DNA from: Macrostomum lignano
Taxonomy: Eukaryota
Direction of reading: 5' to 3'
DNA length: 64,000 nt
Assembly (NCBI GenBank): GCA_002269645.1
Contig: NIVC01002355.1
Location: 1 to 64,000, forward strand
The notes under the pieces were generated by a model that worked only from the letters and a program-made list of their open reading frames with translations, ran no database searches and was not told the DNA's origin. Below, one piece after another: positions 44,821 through 57,215 of this stretch. Every line of letters begins with the position of its first letter. The stretch's first letter is position 1. A program made the position numbers and the translations under genes.

Positions 44821-46333
44821 TTAACCCCGAGGATGCGGGTTGCCTGCTCTGCAGGCCATAACTCATGGTCTATGGCTTGCGAATTATTTCGAAGCTGTTT
44901 CGAAAAATAAGTCTACATAACCGTAGCTTGCGGCTTTGGCCTGCTGAGCAGGCCATGACTATTTTCTATACAGTAAACATTTTGTAGATCACGTTCAACG
45001 AGTTTTTCTATCTGATGTAGTCATTTTTAATAAGAAAAATTAAAAATCAAGAGCATAAATTGCTAAAACGTATGAACAATGTTTAACAGCTAAACAGCAA
45101 CAATAACATAACCTGTTTATAACCAGATGGCATATTGGGCATAAATTCGGTTTCCCGCTATACATTTTTTACTGGATTTTCAGGCATTAATACTGCCCAA
45201 TATGCTTTTAAACCTGCGTTACTGATTATTTTTGCGGCCTTTCCAGATTAGGAATTCAAAAACCTGCTTCATTTTCCTGCTTTGGAGTTTGGACTATTAC
45301 ATTGTGTCGTCTTGACTTTTTACCTTTTACCTTTTTACTTCTTTTAAATTTTTAGACTGTAAGTTTAAAAGAATCCGGAAAATAATTTAGAGCGAGAAAC
45401 CGAAGTAATGCCGCATATTGTTTGTCAATTAAAAATGAGCTGCCTTTGCCTTTGAGAACTAAAAACAAATTTAAGTTTCACATGAGCGGCATGCCAGTCG
45501 GCAAAGCAGGGGGCTGCGCACAGTCCAGGGTTGCCTTCACATGAGCCGCAGCAGAACACGGTTTTCTTGGCCTGGCCGTTCTTGTAGCACTGCCTGCACC
45601 GCTTCGTTGGTCGGGCTTGCGCTTCGGTGGCTTCAATGCGCTTCAGCGAGTGTTGTTGGTGAGCCACTGCTGGCTGCTTCTGTGCCCGAGCAGCTCTTAT
45701 ACGACCTGGTCCAGAGGAGTCGATAAAGTTCTTTATGATGGTCTCCAAAAAATTTAAAAACTCCAGTGTACCTCCGCACGATCGGTACACAACCCAGGCA
45801 TTTCTGGCCAGTACAAGAAAAAGGTGCGCGCCGAGCTTTGTGGGCCACTTCTGAGTCCGCCGGCATGGGTTGTGTGGCTGCAAGGCAGAGTCCAGCCCGT
45901 CGACACCACCCATAATCCCGCAACCGAAGCATCATTTGGCAAGCCTCCGGCGTCTTCATTTGGCTGGAGATGCAGGTCCTCCTCTTCTTCATCTTCACCC
46001 TCGTCCGCTGTTAGCCAGCTTTCCTCCTCCTCTAGTTCGGAGTCGGTATCCGGATCAAATTGCACTTGAGAAGCCATGACAAACACTGTCCAACACTCGG
46101 AAAGTATTGCACTAAATAAAGCTGCTGATGATTTCATTAATTAATTGGCACTTGACTTTGATAACGTAGCTTCAAGCTTTCTTGATTTGATGAATTCCAC
46201 AATTTTACTGTGTCATTTATACCCACCCACCCGTCCATCCACCCCATTCCACTTTGTTTTTTGCTTTCATGTTTATCCCTTACTGCTACGACCATAAGCT
46301 AGTCCGCCGGCTATCGCAGGCTACGGGGGTGTA
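44821..46333 (-). mobile_element. Internally deleted piggyBac-like element
   Basis: Acidic N-terminus MASQVQFDPDTDSELEEE (ATG 46077) is joined out of frame at about 45915 to MGGVDGLD...KW...CRQC...CCGSC...PGLC...CFADWH (45913-45425), the piggyBac third-Asp motif plus Cys-rich tail. Ends are decayed (ttaacccc at 44821, ccgtagcttgcg at about 44921, cgcaggctacggggg at about 46316), so boundaries are uncertain. Confidence 0.82.
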
Positions 46334-46507
46334 AAAAATATGCTGAAATAGTCTATGGCCTTCGCACTTCATTCCCCAACTCAAGTCTGCCGCGGCGTAG
46401 CCATATGTTGTGCTGCTCGCAAAGATTGAGAGACTTTGCATGCACTCTCAAAAGTGGCGACCACAGATGGGATTTTCTGTGATGGCGACTTTTCGATGTT
46501 TCTGGGT

Positions 46508-47581
46508 AATATTGGTTTTGACAATCAATATGAGAAAATGGACAATCAAAATGAAAACAGCCGTAGATCTGCATGCAGCAGCTCAGCTCAGCTTCGCAGC
46601 AGCTGCGGCTTAGGCCATAGACTTTTTGACGATCGAAATGAGAATTGGACAATCAAAATGGCAACGGGAGCAGTGTGCGCGTTTATTTGAATGAAATTTT
46701 AACAATAGAAACGAGAAATTGAATTCAATTTGTGGACCAGACGATCACAGGGTCGCAGCCTGAAAGGTGAAGAGGTCAGGCGAAGGGTCACAACGCAGCG
46801 CGGACCAAATGTGACTGTTTGCATGGCGATAGTCGCTGAGTTTGGCCTCTTGCACTCGTCGGTGTTCCGAGGAGGCCAGACGAACGCCAGATTTCAGATC
46901 TTCATCGAGGAACTGAGCGAGGAATGCCACCGTCTTGATGCTGCGGCTTCGTGGATTGTCGTGATGGACGGTCCGCATTTCCATCGAGCAGCGCGCATTC
47001 CGCAACATCTGCAGCACGCTGTGTCCATCCGCATTCTTCCGGGATATTCACCTTTTCTGAACCCTTCGGAATTCGCCAACAGTTGCCTCAAGGCCAAGTT
47101 CAAAAGCAGACTGGCGCAGCCTGACATCGTTGGGGAAGAGGCAGTTGCCCCAGAAGGCGTGAACCAGGAAGAGTGGCGTTACATGCTGCTGGAGAGGGTG
47201 GCGCGTGAGTCATTGCCTGAAGCCGTGACTCCGGACAAGGCAGCTGCGTGGGAATTGCGCTGCTTCCGTCAGCTTGGACGCTGCCTTGCTGGGCAGGAGT
47301 TCTAAACCTATGCTGCTGGACTGCTGTGTTTCCATCATTTTTCTGACTGTGTTGCCATTTCTGTTGCCAATTTCTCGTTTCTATTGTTAAAATTTCATTC
47401 AAATAAACGTGCACACTGCTCCCGTTGCCATTTTGATTGTCCAATTCTCATTTCGATCGTCAAAAAGTCTATGGCCTAAGCCGCAGCTGCTGCGAAGCTG
47501 AGCTGAGCTGCTGCATGCAGATCTACGGCTGTTTTCATTTTGATTGTCCATTTTCTCATATTGATTGTCAAAACCAATATT
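46508..47581 (+). mobile_element. Tc1/IS630-family deletion derivative: 214-bp inverted repeats around a partial DDE transposase
   Basis: 46508-46721 is the inverted repeat of 47368-47581. ORF 46730-47305 has LWTRR...RGPNVT...VVMDGPHFH...LPGYSPFLNPSE. The DNA-binding domain and first Asp are absent. Confidence 0.88.
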
Positions 47582-47959
47582 GATTGTTTTCCTTTCAGTA
47601 AGAAAACTTTCTGGAAGTTCTCGCAAAGTAAGTTGCCTAGGAAAGTAAGGAATACTTAGGTAATTACATAGACTTTTTCAACTGGTTGAGCTGTTTTATT
47701 ACCCAATTAAACGTGTTGTAACGTGTTGTAACGATGTTGATATTTAGTTGTTCGTAAATAATATGATATTATTGTCTCCTTAGTATTGTATTAATTTATC
47801 TACTATTCATTAGCGAATTTTAAAGTTATTCAATACGTACGCTTAAAATTCGTTTTACGGTATCTTTCATGGAAATATTGTTTAAATTATTTAAATATTT
47901 ATTATTAAAAATTAATATTTAATTTTTTTATTATTTAATTATAATTTATTATTTATACT

Positions 47960-48143
47960 ATAAGCTAATCCGCCGGCTATCGCAGGCTACGGGGGTGTAA
48001 AAAATATGCTGAAATAGTCTATGGCCTTCGCACTTCATTCCCCAACTCAAGTCTGCCGCGGCTTAGCCATATGTTGTGCTGCTCGCAAAGATTGAGAGAC
48101 TTTGCATGCACTCTCAAAAGTGGCGACCACAGATGGGATTTTC
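47960..48143 (+). repeat. About 185-bp direct repeat of 46295-46478
   Basis: Near-identical sequence from ataagcta(g/a)tccgccggctatcgcagg to gatgggattttc. Confidence 0.92.
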
Positions 48144-48692
48144 ATCTGTTGCCATTATTATTTATTATTTATTGAAATAAGTATTTAAAAGACTGTTAAA
48201 TCACGATTTTGCGCTCATCGGTCTCTTGTTTCGTGCTTTTCGGTTGGTCCACCGCGTTGTGCCCGTTTGCAGTTGTTTAACATCAAAAAATTAAAAGTGT
48301 ATCCTATCTGTTCAAATATATAGGATAAGACAAGTCAACTCGATTCGGACGTAAGACTGTCTGATAATTTATTATTGTGCAGATTTTATTATTGTCAGCA
48401 CCGAACTCAGAAGGGTCTCGTCACAGTGTCAAGCGTAATTCAGTTGCGATCCTTCGTCCATTTATCTGCCGTGATACCCCCCGGTCCTTCACGATTTATG
48501 TGTTTCGTGCAGAGATAATGACGTCATGCTTTTTGTGTGAAACTAGATGAGTCTTCATACTAATTAGTGCCAGATTAAACAAATGCATTGCTCTGCCAAG
48601 TAGAAAGCCTTGATGTGAAATCCTTCCTGCCGTGCAATCCACTATTTGCTTTCTCTTTTTTGCAAAACTGAAAGCAGAATCTGAACAAAGCA

Positions 48693-49078
48693 ATGCCAGG
48701 CGTTGCACTCGCAATTCTGCAGCTGCTGTTGGTGGTGCTGCAGGCAGCTCAACCGGTGAACTTGATCCCACCAGTCCCCGATGGCCAGCAGAGCGGAGCT
48801 ACTGAAACGGGCTGCAGCATCGAACAATTCGAGCCTCAGAGCGCCATCTGGATGAACCAGTCAGCTGATCCAATTAGTCTATGGAAATCTGGGAACCGAA
48901 CAAAACAACTTTGAGCCCTTCTTCTGACAAATCTTTGCTCCCCATTGGACAGTGTAATATGCCTATCTCCAACAATATCCGCACCATCGATCCTGGATTC
49001 AAATACTTGGTTAATGCGGTCCCTGCGTCTTTTTAGCAAGTCCTGCAATAAAATAATCAGTCCGAGAGTGGCATACTC
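48693..49078 (+). other. Candidate first exon of a secreted protein, frame-disrupted
   Basis: MPGVALAILQLLLVVLQAAQP resembles a signal peptide. Coding-like sequence continues in shifted frames to a gtaagt donor at 49079. No homology recognised. Confidence 0.25.
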
Positions 49079-49674
49079 GTAAGTCGGCAGTCAATCGCAA
49101 AGAAGGTTAAAAAAATTTCAGGCTGCCTGCCTGAAAAAGTTACCCACCAGCTACCCACCAACACAACAAAGCAGCAGACTGAAAGCAATCGGATGCACCC
49201 CATCGTATTTGCACGCCTCCATAGTTCTGCAGGTTTTAGAGCTGGCCACCAAGGCATTCATTGAGCTGAGCAAATTCAACCAAGCCGAAGGCGGACAATG
49301 CTGACCAAAATCAGCTTTTTTCTTCAATGATTAAATTTTGTAACTGCTTTCAATCTGCTTGGAATGCAGACAATATAGAAATGTTGCCTGCAACGTTTCA
49401 CAAAAACTTTACGCCTAATTTTAAAAGAATAATTGACGCTAAAGCATGCGTCCATTTAAATTTTGTCAAAATCAAAGGCTTAAAACCTTTAGAACAGCTG
49501 TTTATGGCTTCGCTAAAGTTGGAACATTTTGTTAGTAAAACTTAAGGCATTAGTTGACGAATGATCGATTTTTTTAGATGACGATTGCGTTGCAGGTAAA
49601 ATTGGCCACTGAGAAAGTTCACTAGCCTTCCTTGTGAGTCGTTTTGGTAATCAATAATTTTTCTTCAGGGCGCC

Positions 49675-50085
49675 AAAATATAGCGCTTACGGCGCTAAAA
49701 TGAGTGCCTGCTGCGCTAAACTGAGAGCCTGCGGCGCTAAAATGAGTGTCTGAGGCGCTAAAATGAGTGCCTGCGGCGCTAAAATGAGTGCCTGCGGCTC
49801 TAAAATGAGTGCCTGCGGCGCTAAATGAGTGTCTGAGGCGCTAAAAAGAGTGCCTGCGGCGCTAAAATGAGTGTCTGCGGCGCTAAAAGAGTGCCTGCTG
49901 CGCTAAAATGAGTGCCAGCGGCGCTAAAATGAGTGCCTGCGGCGCTAAAAGAGTGCCTGCGGCGCTAAAATGAGTGCCTGCGGCGCTAAAATTAGTGCCT
50001 GTGGCGCTAAAATGAGTGCCTGCGCCGCTAAAATGAGTGCCTGCGGCGCCAAAATGAGTGCCTGTGGCGCCAAAATGAGTGCCAA
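49675..50085. repeat. 21-bp minisatellite GCGCTAAAATGAGTGCCTGCG
   Basis: Period 21 checked at 49921/49942. Confidence 0.95.
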
Positions 50086-50129
50086 AATTTAGAAAACAAA
50101 TTCTAAATTCTATTATTTCCTTTATATCG

Positions 50130-50860
50130 AACTGCCAATATGCTGCCGATCTCATAACAGCATTGTATTTTATGTGGACTTTTCATGGTATACTAACTTT
50201 TAGCTATACCCAAATCTCTATTCCTGACTTTCCGTTGTCTTTTATTCAAGATTCAAATCTTAGATCCAAGGTAGTTAATGCTCTTCACCTGTTCTAAACC
50301 TACACAGTTAACCTTCACATTCACCAACTGATTCTCCGTGAGCTCCTCTTGCCAATCATCATGAAATTTACTCTTCTCAGTGCCAATTTCCATTCCGTAT
50401 CTCTCGGTGGTTTTCTAAAAGCTTCTGTAAACATTTTCAGGCAATTTCTCCAGGACTTCAGAATCGTTATCAGCAAACCGGATATCATTTATCCGCCTCG
50501 CCGCGCATCTCGCGTCTGCACAATGGCCTTCAAGTGTTCCATGAATTTTCAAGAAACTATGTAAATAGGACAGGCTACAGCGTGCATCCTTGTCGTACAT
50601 CGACAGTAGTCCAGAACCAGTCAGAACTTTAGATTTCGCTCCTTCGTACAAGCTCTTGATCAGAGCAGTTATTCCTTTCCCAAAATCAAGCTTGCTCATT
50701 TTTTCACGGTGCCTCATGGCAGACTCTACCAAATGCTTTCCTCATTTGCTTTCCTCTACCAAGTGATTTCCTCATCACCTTGAGGTCTGCCTTGATGCTA
50801 TCTTCTCCCGGTGCCTTTTTCTGCTTCAGTTATTTGATGGTAGTCAACGTCTTCAATTCA
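50130..50860 (-). mobile_element. Heavily decayed LINE (RTE-like) reverse transcriptase remnant
   Basis: Fragments LKQKKAPGEDSIKAD, IKSLYEGAKSKV, IRFADND, YGMEISTEKSK and LEQVKSINYLGS in shifting frames. Confidence 0.75.
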
Positions 50861-50904
50861 ACGTTAATGACATAATCAATTAGTCAGTTCGTCCGTAAGT
50901 CCGT

Positions 50905-51300
50905 ATCAGTCTCCATTTTTTATTTATCAATATGGTTACGCAATCTCAATCAAGACTTGTGCTACGCTTTAACATTATTTTTTCACGACTGAAGCACTTC
51001 AGCCACTCAACTGACGATAAAAAACGCTTGTTGTGACACAAAAGCAAAAATTCTCCTTGAACTTTGTAAAAAAGCATGTTTTTCGAATGTTAAATTCCTT
51101 TAGCATTGTGGAATGTCTTAACCGTGACGACACATGTATCGTCTCGGAAAAATTTCAAGTCTAATGGTGCAGATTTGAAGAAAATCGGTTGAACCGTTTT
51201 TGCCAAAAATCAATGGATAATAGGAAAATAAATTTAGGACATTAGTAATAGGATAGATGGATATATTGATAATCAATGGATAATAGGATCGATAAATAGG
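50905..51300 (-). mobile_element. Partial head of the array Helitron family
   Basis: Reverse complement matches the array head (aaccgattttcttcaaa...tgcacc, attcgaaaaacatgcttttt, cttgatt..attgcgtaaccatatt). Confidence 0.7.
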
Positions 51301-51378
51301 AAAATACACAGTCGCCTAAATTGCTTGCAAAAACAATTCACAAAAAACTAACTTTTTTTAATAATCAACAACATAAAA

Positions 51379-52091
51379 TTGTCGCCACCTTTGAGAGTTC
51401 GCAGTAAATTCCGGCTCAGTATCAGTAGCTCAGTAACGGCGGACGACCCAACCACACGAAAGTCGATCATTTTGGCCGAAACGCCGACTGACCCGAATAC
51501 GTGTCCGGTTCGTGCGATGGAGATGTACCTGGCAAAAATACCAGATGACGTCGGTTGTCTGTGGCCTAAACCGCAGGAACGAGGGTTTTCCATGGAAGGT
51601 TTCTGGTATCACAAGAGCCTTGTACTCGGCAAACACTGGCTTAATGAGTTCATGAAGAAATTGTGTGAGCTGGCGGGACTGAGCAATCGTGCGCACACCA
51701 ATCATTGCATACGCGCCTCCGTTGTAACCAACTTGATGGAGGATGGCGTCAGCGTTTCCGAGATTCAAGCCGTGACCGGTCCCAAACGAGCGGAGAGCGT
51801 TGAACATTACAACAAGAGATTGAAGTTCTCCAAAAAAGTCAACCTATCCGAGCAATCAGTGGGCGACTCTCTGGCACTGCGGAACAAACCCTGGCATCGG
51901 CTGGTCAGAGCGCCAGCAACGCGGGAACAAGTTCGACTGCTGGATGCATCGTACTGTCACAAAATACGACTGCGTTGGGCATGCCTGGGTCAATTGTAGC
52001 TAACCAGGGCGTATCGATTGGTGCCAACCAGGCGAGCGTTTTTGAGAACTGCAAATTTGAGAATTGCACATTCAACATTACACCACGCTAA
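51379..52091 (+). mobile_element. Crypton-type tyrosine recombinase (DUF3504-like) C-terminal fragment
   Basis: CPVRAMEMYL, WY...LGKH.L...MKKLCELAGL, TNHCIRAS (HxxR), VTGP (usual TGH), ESVEHY (catalytic Tyr). A +1 shift at about 51849 restores the FENCKFENCTFNI end, stop at 52089-52091. 5' part missing. Confidence 0.85.
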
Positions 52092-52652
52092 CTGACAGAT
52101 GTAACTATTGAGGTAACTATTGATGAACTCTCCAGCCACATTTCATTTTGAGCTTCCAAGCGTTATTTACTGAATTATTTCGTTTACTTCGTGTTTCATT
52201 CCTGTTGTATTTGGTCTTGTGTTTGTTGGCAGTGAAATATACAGTGGCTATAAGTGATGAATTGAATATAATTGAAATATGCTTCAACCATAGACAGTGA
52301 CGGCGGACAAATGTAGAGCGTTTCAATCGCGTTTCAACCCAGGCAGCCTACCCATAACCGTTTATCTGCACCAATGCAAATAAATGAAATTTACACTGAG
52401 ACCATGGACGTTCGCCCGGGGCAAGTGGAGGATACATAAAAAGTGAACACGCACCAAAATCTCGAGGTTCTCGAGGAAACCAAAAACGATGTACCAATAA
52501 ACGACAGAAAATATAAGAGTGGACAAGAGATTTTAAGCGCAAGATCAATAAAATTTTGGTTTTTTACTGTCCGAAAATGTTCCGTACTTTGATTGTTAAA
52601 TTCAGTTTACTTCGAGTCCGTTTATTTGGCAGGATTAATCGGCATTTTAAAT

Positions 52653-53611
52653 TCAGTGGCCAAAAAACTCAATTTCGCATATATTCACTGCTTGCGACTG
52701 GGTGCTGTAGACCCGGAACCTGCTTCCAATAGCGTTGCAGGTAAAATTGGCCACAGAGTAGGAAACGTCGACGCGGTGGCACTCGACACCGTCCATTCTC
52801 AGCGAGAGCTTGTTCATTCGGCTAGTGCAACAGTCATTCCTATTGTAGATGGTGACGTACGAGACAAACACGGCCGTTTGAAATTGAGCTTCAAACCATT
52901 GATCAGCAGTATTTACAGTGTGGCTGCATGATTGTCCAGAAAATTTTGGATTTGTGTCACCGTCTATAGCTCGCTCGCAAACGCCGTTTAAGTAATTGCT
53001 GCTTTGAGTACATCCTACGGCATTAAGCTTCACGATATCTAAAATGATAGAGAATAGTTTGCACGCGCGTTGCAGAATAAAAGTATACGTAATAGCTATT
53101 TATTTTGTTATGACCGATGCAGATATAATTTAATACAATTAAATTACGTAGATATAATTATAGATTCAAGCATCGGTTTGGCCTTGAAAAAAGGACGAGT
53201 GGATGCAAATTAGTCTTTTTCTCGTCTTATTTGGCCTTTCCAAGTCTATTTGGTGGAAAACTTCTATAAAAGAAAATCCCCTAGCTCACCAGGCATCGGT
53301 AGGACGTAAATCGACTCCGGACAGTGCGCAGTGTCAAGCCAGCTCTTTATGAAAGCGTCATATCTAACTAGTCGGCACCAGTTCGATTTCGTCATGTAAA
53401 AGCCGAAGCACCACCTCGCCGTAGCCACAGTGCAGGCCAAGGCGCAGGCCGCTGCGTTATTCAGCCCGACCGGGTTCGACGCCACTTCAGGCGCAGGACT
53501 CGAGCTCGAACAGTCAGGAACAGGCGACTTTTGGAAAAGCTCGTAGCCACTAGAGCTCGTGGTGAACAGAGCGACCTGAGCGATCAGCAGAAACAGCAGC
53601 AGCGCTGGCAT
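52653..53611 (-). CDS. Secreted PAN/apple + F-type lectin protein B (235 aa)
   Basis: Exon 1 53611-53290 (signal peptide, apple module, phase 1 gtgag donor). Exon 2 53038-52653 with AIDGD, CSHT, NRNDCCTSR, ICEIE. H-x26-R-x-D-x4-R intact. Confidence 0.92.
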
Positions 53612-54355
53612 TTTGGGAGCCGGTTGTATGAAGCATCCAGGAAAACTTAACTACTTACTTTATATCAACGTGAATGTATCATCATGTGATTGAAAAAATA
53701 GCTATTTGATAAAACTAGCTATTGTTTTGAGTTCTTTTTTGAGAAGATTTTAACCGGCATCCGTGGCTGGATTATTTTGCACAATGAACAAAAACATAAT
53801 ATAGTGTTTTTTCCCGGACTTGTATTGTTTAAAGCTACCGGAACAGCACGTAGGTGAAATTCGCTCGCCAGTGGCTCAGTTTTATAAGGATTTATTGTGT
53901 CTTAGAAGTGCTTTCTGGAGTCAACAGAAAACAATTGCGTAAAAAAGTTTTTTTGAATTTGCTGCTTACTGACAATATTCTGTGGTGTCATGGAAATGAC
54001 AGTTTTTTTAAATCGCAGAAATTCTTTTAAATGCGTAGAAAAAGTTGCCTATTGTTTTACTGATACCTTTTACATCCAGTAGCACTTCCGGGTGTATAGG
54101 AAGTGACAGGAAGTTTAAAAAACCAATCCTACCAAGAAAAAAATGAAAATGCTTCTGATGCATCATAGAATTCCTAAGCTCTTATGCAGCAGAAAACACC
54201 GGCCTCGACGCTATGGCAGTTGTGTGTGAAGCGTGACCTCTCGATAATCATACATTGTTCTAGAGTCTCTTGTTGCTTCCTCAAGAATTTCAAAATTCAC
54301 TGAGTTGTCACCCAATATTCTAGAGTTGTTGGGTTGTAGCCAGAGACTACTAAAA

Positions 54356-54660
54356 GGGTTGTAGCCTATTGGTTAGAGCGTCGGACTCTCGACTGAAAGG
54401 TCAGGTGTTCGATTCCCGACCCTACTCTGAGTTGTGTCCTTGAGCAAGGCACTTAACTCTGTATTAGTTCAGTTCACCCAGCTGTAAAATGGTTCCCAGC
54501 ATTAGCTTGGGTAATTGAGGGTGTGTGTGACAACCCCCCCCCCCAGTTCTTGGACTGAACAGCCCTACGCAGCCTTCAGATGCGCCGCGCAATAGCTGCG
54601 GCTGAGCTGTCTGTTGCACATTTGGCCCAACTGGGGCAGGTATAATCGATTATTATTATA
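54356..54660 (+). mobile_element. tRNA-derived SINE with Deu/Nin-type central domain
   Basis: A box tagcctattggttag, B box gtgttcgattccc, central ttgtgtccttgagcaaggcacttaac...cacccagctgtaaaatgg, (TTA)n tail. Confidence 0.82.
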
Positions 54661-55306
54661 CGAGTATTAAAGTATCTATCTAGAGTTTATATAGCTATTC
54701 ATCTTACGATTTACTGGACTTTAATGTTAAACATGGATCGTCCCGGCAGCGAAGAGTGCCCGAGCAGCAAGGAACTGATTTCACTACTCTATGGCCCTAC
54801 ATGTAAGTCCTAAAGCGGCGTTTCCACTGGTCGAGACTGTCCGGTTTTCTCTTTCCCTTCTCATCTTTGTCTGGATTGGCTTTATATCAATTTACGACTC
54901 GTAGTTGGAGGGTTCAATGTTGAAAAAATGTTCTCAAATGTCGCCTTTCAACTGGCGAATAATGACTTTTTTGTCTGCTCTCCCGCAATTGGCTCCTTAG
55001 ACTATTCGTTTGCACAAACAGGCTCTTCGACAACGAATAAGCATTTTGCTTCCCAATTCTGGCAATTGAGAAAGAAACCCTAAATATCGGTATCAATTAT
55101 TTGACTTTTATCTGAGAGACTGACAGTAATGACAATAATGGAGTCTGCTCAGAGCTAGGCAGATTGCCTTAAGCGTACAATATCCAAAAGAGATTTTTTC
55201 AATGCCAGACCTCGCAAATCGCCAAGACTCCATCATCTCGAGACTTGTCGGGGACCCAGTTTACAGTGAAGTTGGCATTACAGCTGGAATCAGTAAGTAC
55301 TTTAAT

Positions 55307-55310
55307 GGTA

Positions 55311-55357
<47 letters not shown>
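55307..55357. repeat. (AAT)n microsatellite
   Basis: Direct reading. Confidence 0.95.
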
Positions 55358-55358
<1 letters not shown>

Positions 55359-55901
55359 TGATGAGGACGCACTTTTTTCCAAATCCCGCGCTAGCACATG
55401 GGCTCTAAACCTACTAGCCTACTAACAGTGGGCAATGGGCATTTTTATCCTTTTTCTGCGAATTGTCATAGAATCTATACTAGATATAACGTCTGGTAAT
55501 ACTAGTAGTCATAATAACATAGGCGCAGCTTTTTGGGTCATAAATCATCGCTTTCGAAGCTGGTCTGACAGCCACCTGCGCCTCACTCAGTGTTGAAGCG
55601 GGCGCCAGATGGTCTGAGAGGATGCGGGCGGTAGCTTTTTTCTCATCATTTTGACAGGCCATCAAGATTTATGAGGTCAGAGCCTATTGTTCGTGTTCAC
55701 TCAAGCGTGTGAAAGCTTTGACAGCTATGCGTTTTACCCCTAAAAGTACTTTGGGATTAGCGATTAGCGATTTATCTTCATTATCTTCACTTTCTACTTA
55801 ATAAGAGCTTTCTAATGTATATTTTTTCATTCATTTTTGTCAATTCTACGCGAAAAGTCATAAATCATTTTTTGTGATTTTGATTGATTTATGGCCGCAC
55901 C

Positions 55902-57215
55902 TGTCATGTTTTTACGACCCTGTGGGAACTGATAGGAACTCCCGGTCACGTGATTTTGGGTGGCAACTAGCTCATCCAATCAGAAAATTCGGCGCTCATT
56001 TTAACAAACTGCGGTCCAGGTGGCTATTTAAACCGGTGTTTTTGGCCCGCCCGGACCTCAGACTTGAACCCCTCTTCCTGCGACCGGTTGACGCTGCGTC
56101 ACGCTCGGTTCAGGAACTGACCGTCGTTTCTTGATCCCCGGATTACGACTCCCCCCATCATCATCAAGGACGAGTCCCCCGGTCACCGGCAGCGAACATC
56201 AAGTGAAGAGCATCACCTGCTAGCTAACAGCGAAGATTGTGACAGCATCATCCCGAGTCTACAGCTGCGAAGCATCAAGCCGATTCGGTCGCTGTGGATT
56301 ACCTGGTCTCCGGCTGTTGAGTTTCTGATTGGTTAGGTGAGAGGCTACCTAGACTTGCTTGATTGGGTGATTCCATATCTGTCTCCTGTTTCAGTAGCTG
56401 GTTTAGGCGCACACTTCTGCTCACTTTGTTCAGTAGTGCTGTTGCTGAGGCAGAAGTCATTCAATAATACTGCTAGTAGTCTGAAACTCCTATTCAATCT
56501 GAAGAGTGAAGTGATCTAAGGAGAAGGTTAAATCCAACAGTTATTTTTATCCGTTTTATTTCTTTGTTTGCCGATGGCTCAGATGAGTAGCTAAGCTAGT
56601 AGGCGCCGGTCACAGTGGACCAATGGCAAGGCAGTTCTCGGTCGATCAATCTATCAAATCAGTTAGCGAAATTGCCAATAGTGCAGAATCGGCTCCAGAG
56701 ATGTACTCTGTGCACTCTAGGTTCGCCAAGCGTGATGAATCATGCGGTCTCTGACGTTCGAGTTAGCCTATCATCAGCGCTAGGAGAGGCTAGTTGGCGC
56801 GTTGAAGGCCAAAAGTACAATTCTTCGTATTTAGCAATGTAATAGTACATGTAGCTACCCCATAGCCTCGACACTGCAAGAATCCCCTGCACAAGTCCCC
56901 TCTGTACCTGCATGGCCAATGCCATCTAGTCCCAGCAGTGTCCCTTATTATTGGCTATGACTTTGCGATTGACAGCAAAAATACACTAGTTGGCAGGTAC
57001 GTGCAAAGCCCCTTCTAGTCGGAAGCCCGATTTCGAGAGTCCCGGTGTGGTGAGCCAGGACGTACGGGCTGGTGGCAGCGAGTTAGCTAATCTGCGGATT
57101 AACTAATTTCTACCCTCAAAATTCTCCCTGCTTGTCTCTCGCTGTCCCTCTCTTAGCTATAGGACCTAGACTGCTCGCCACACGATCAAGCTACCATGGG
57201 GCTGACCATCTGACA
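55902..57215 (+). mobile_element. Probable solo LTR
   Basis: GC-richer block bounded by TGTCA...TGACA. CCAAT at 55976, TATTTAAA at 56025. No TSD and no internal genes found. Confidence 0.5.

Noticed and set aside
54356-54430. Genuine tRNA gene
   Set aside because: Acceptor stem not recoverable, and it continues into a SINE central domain and TTA tail.
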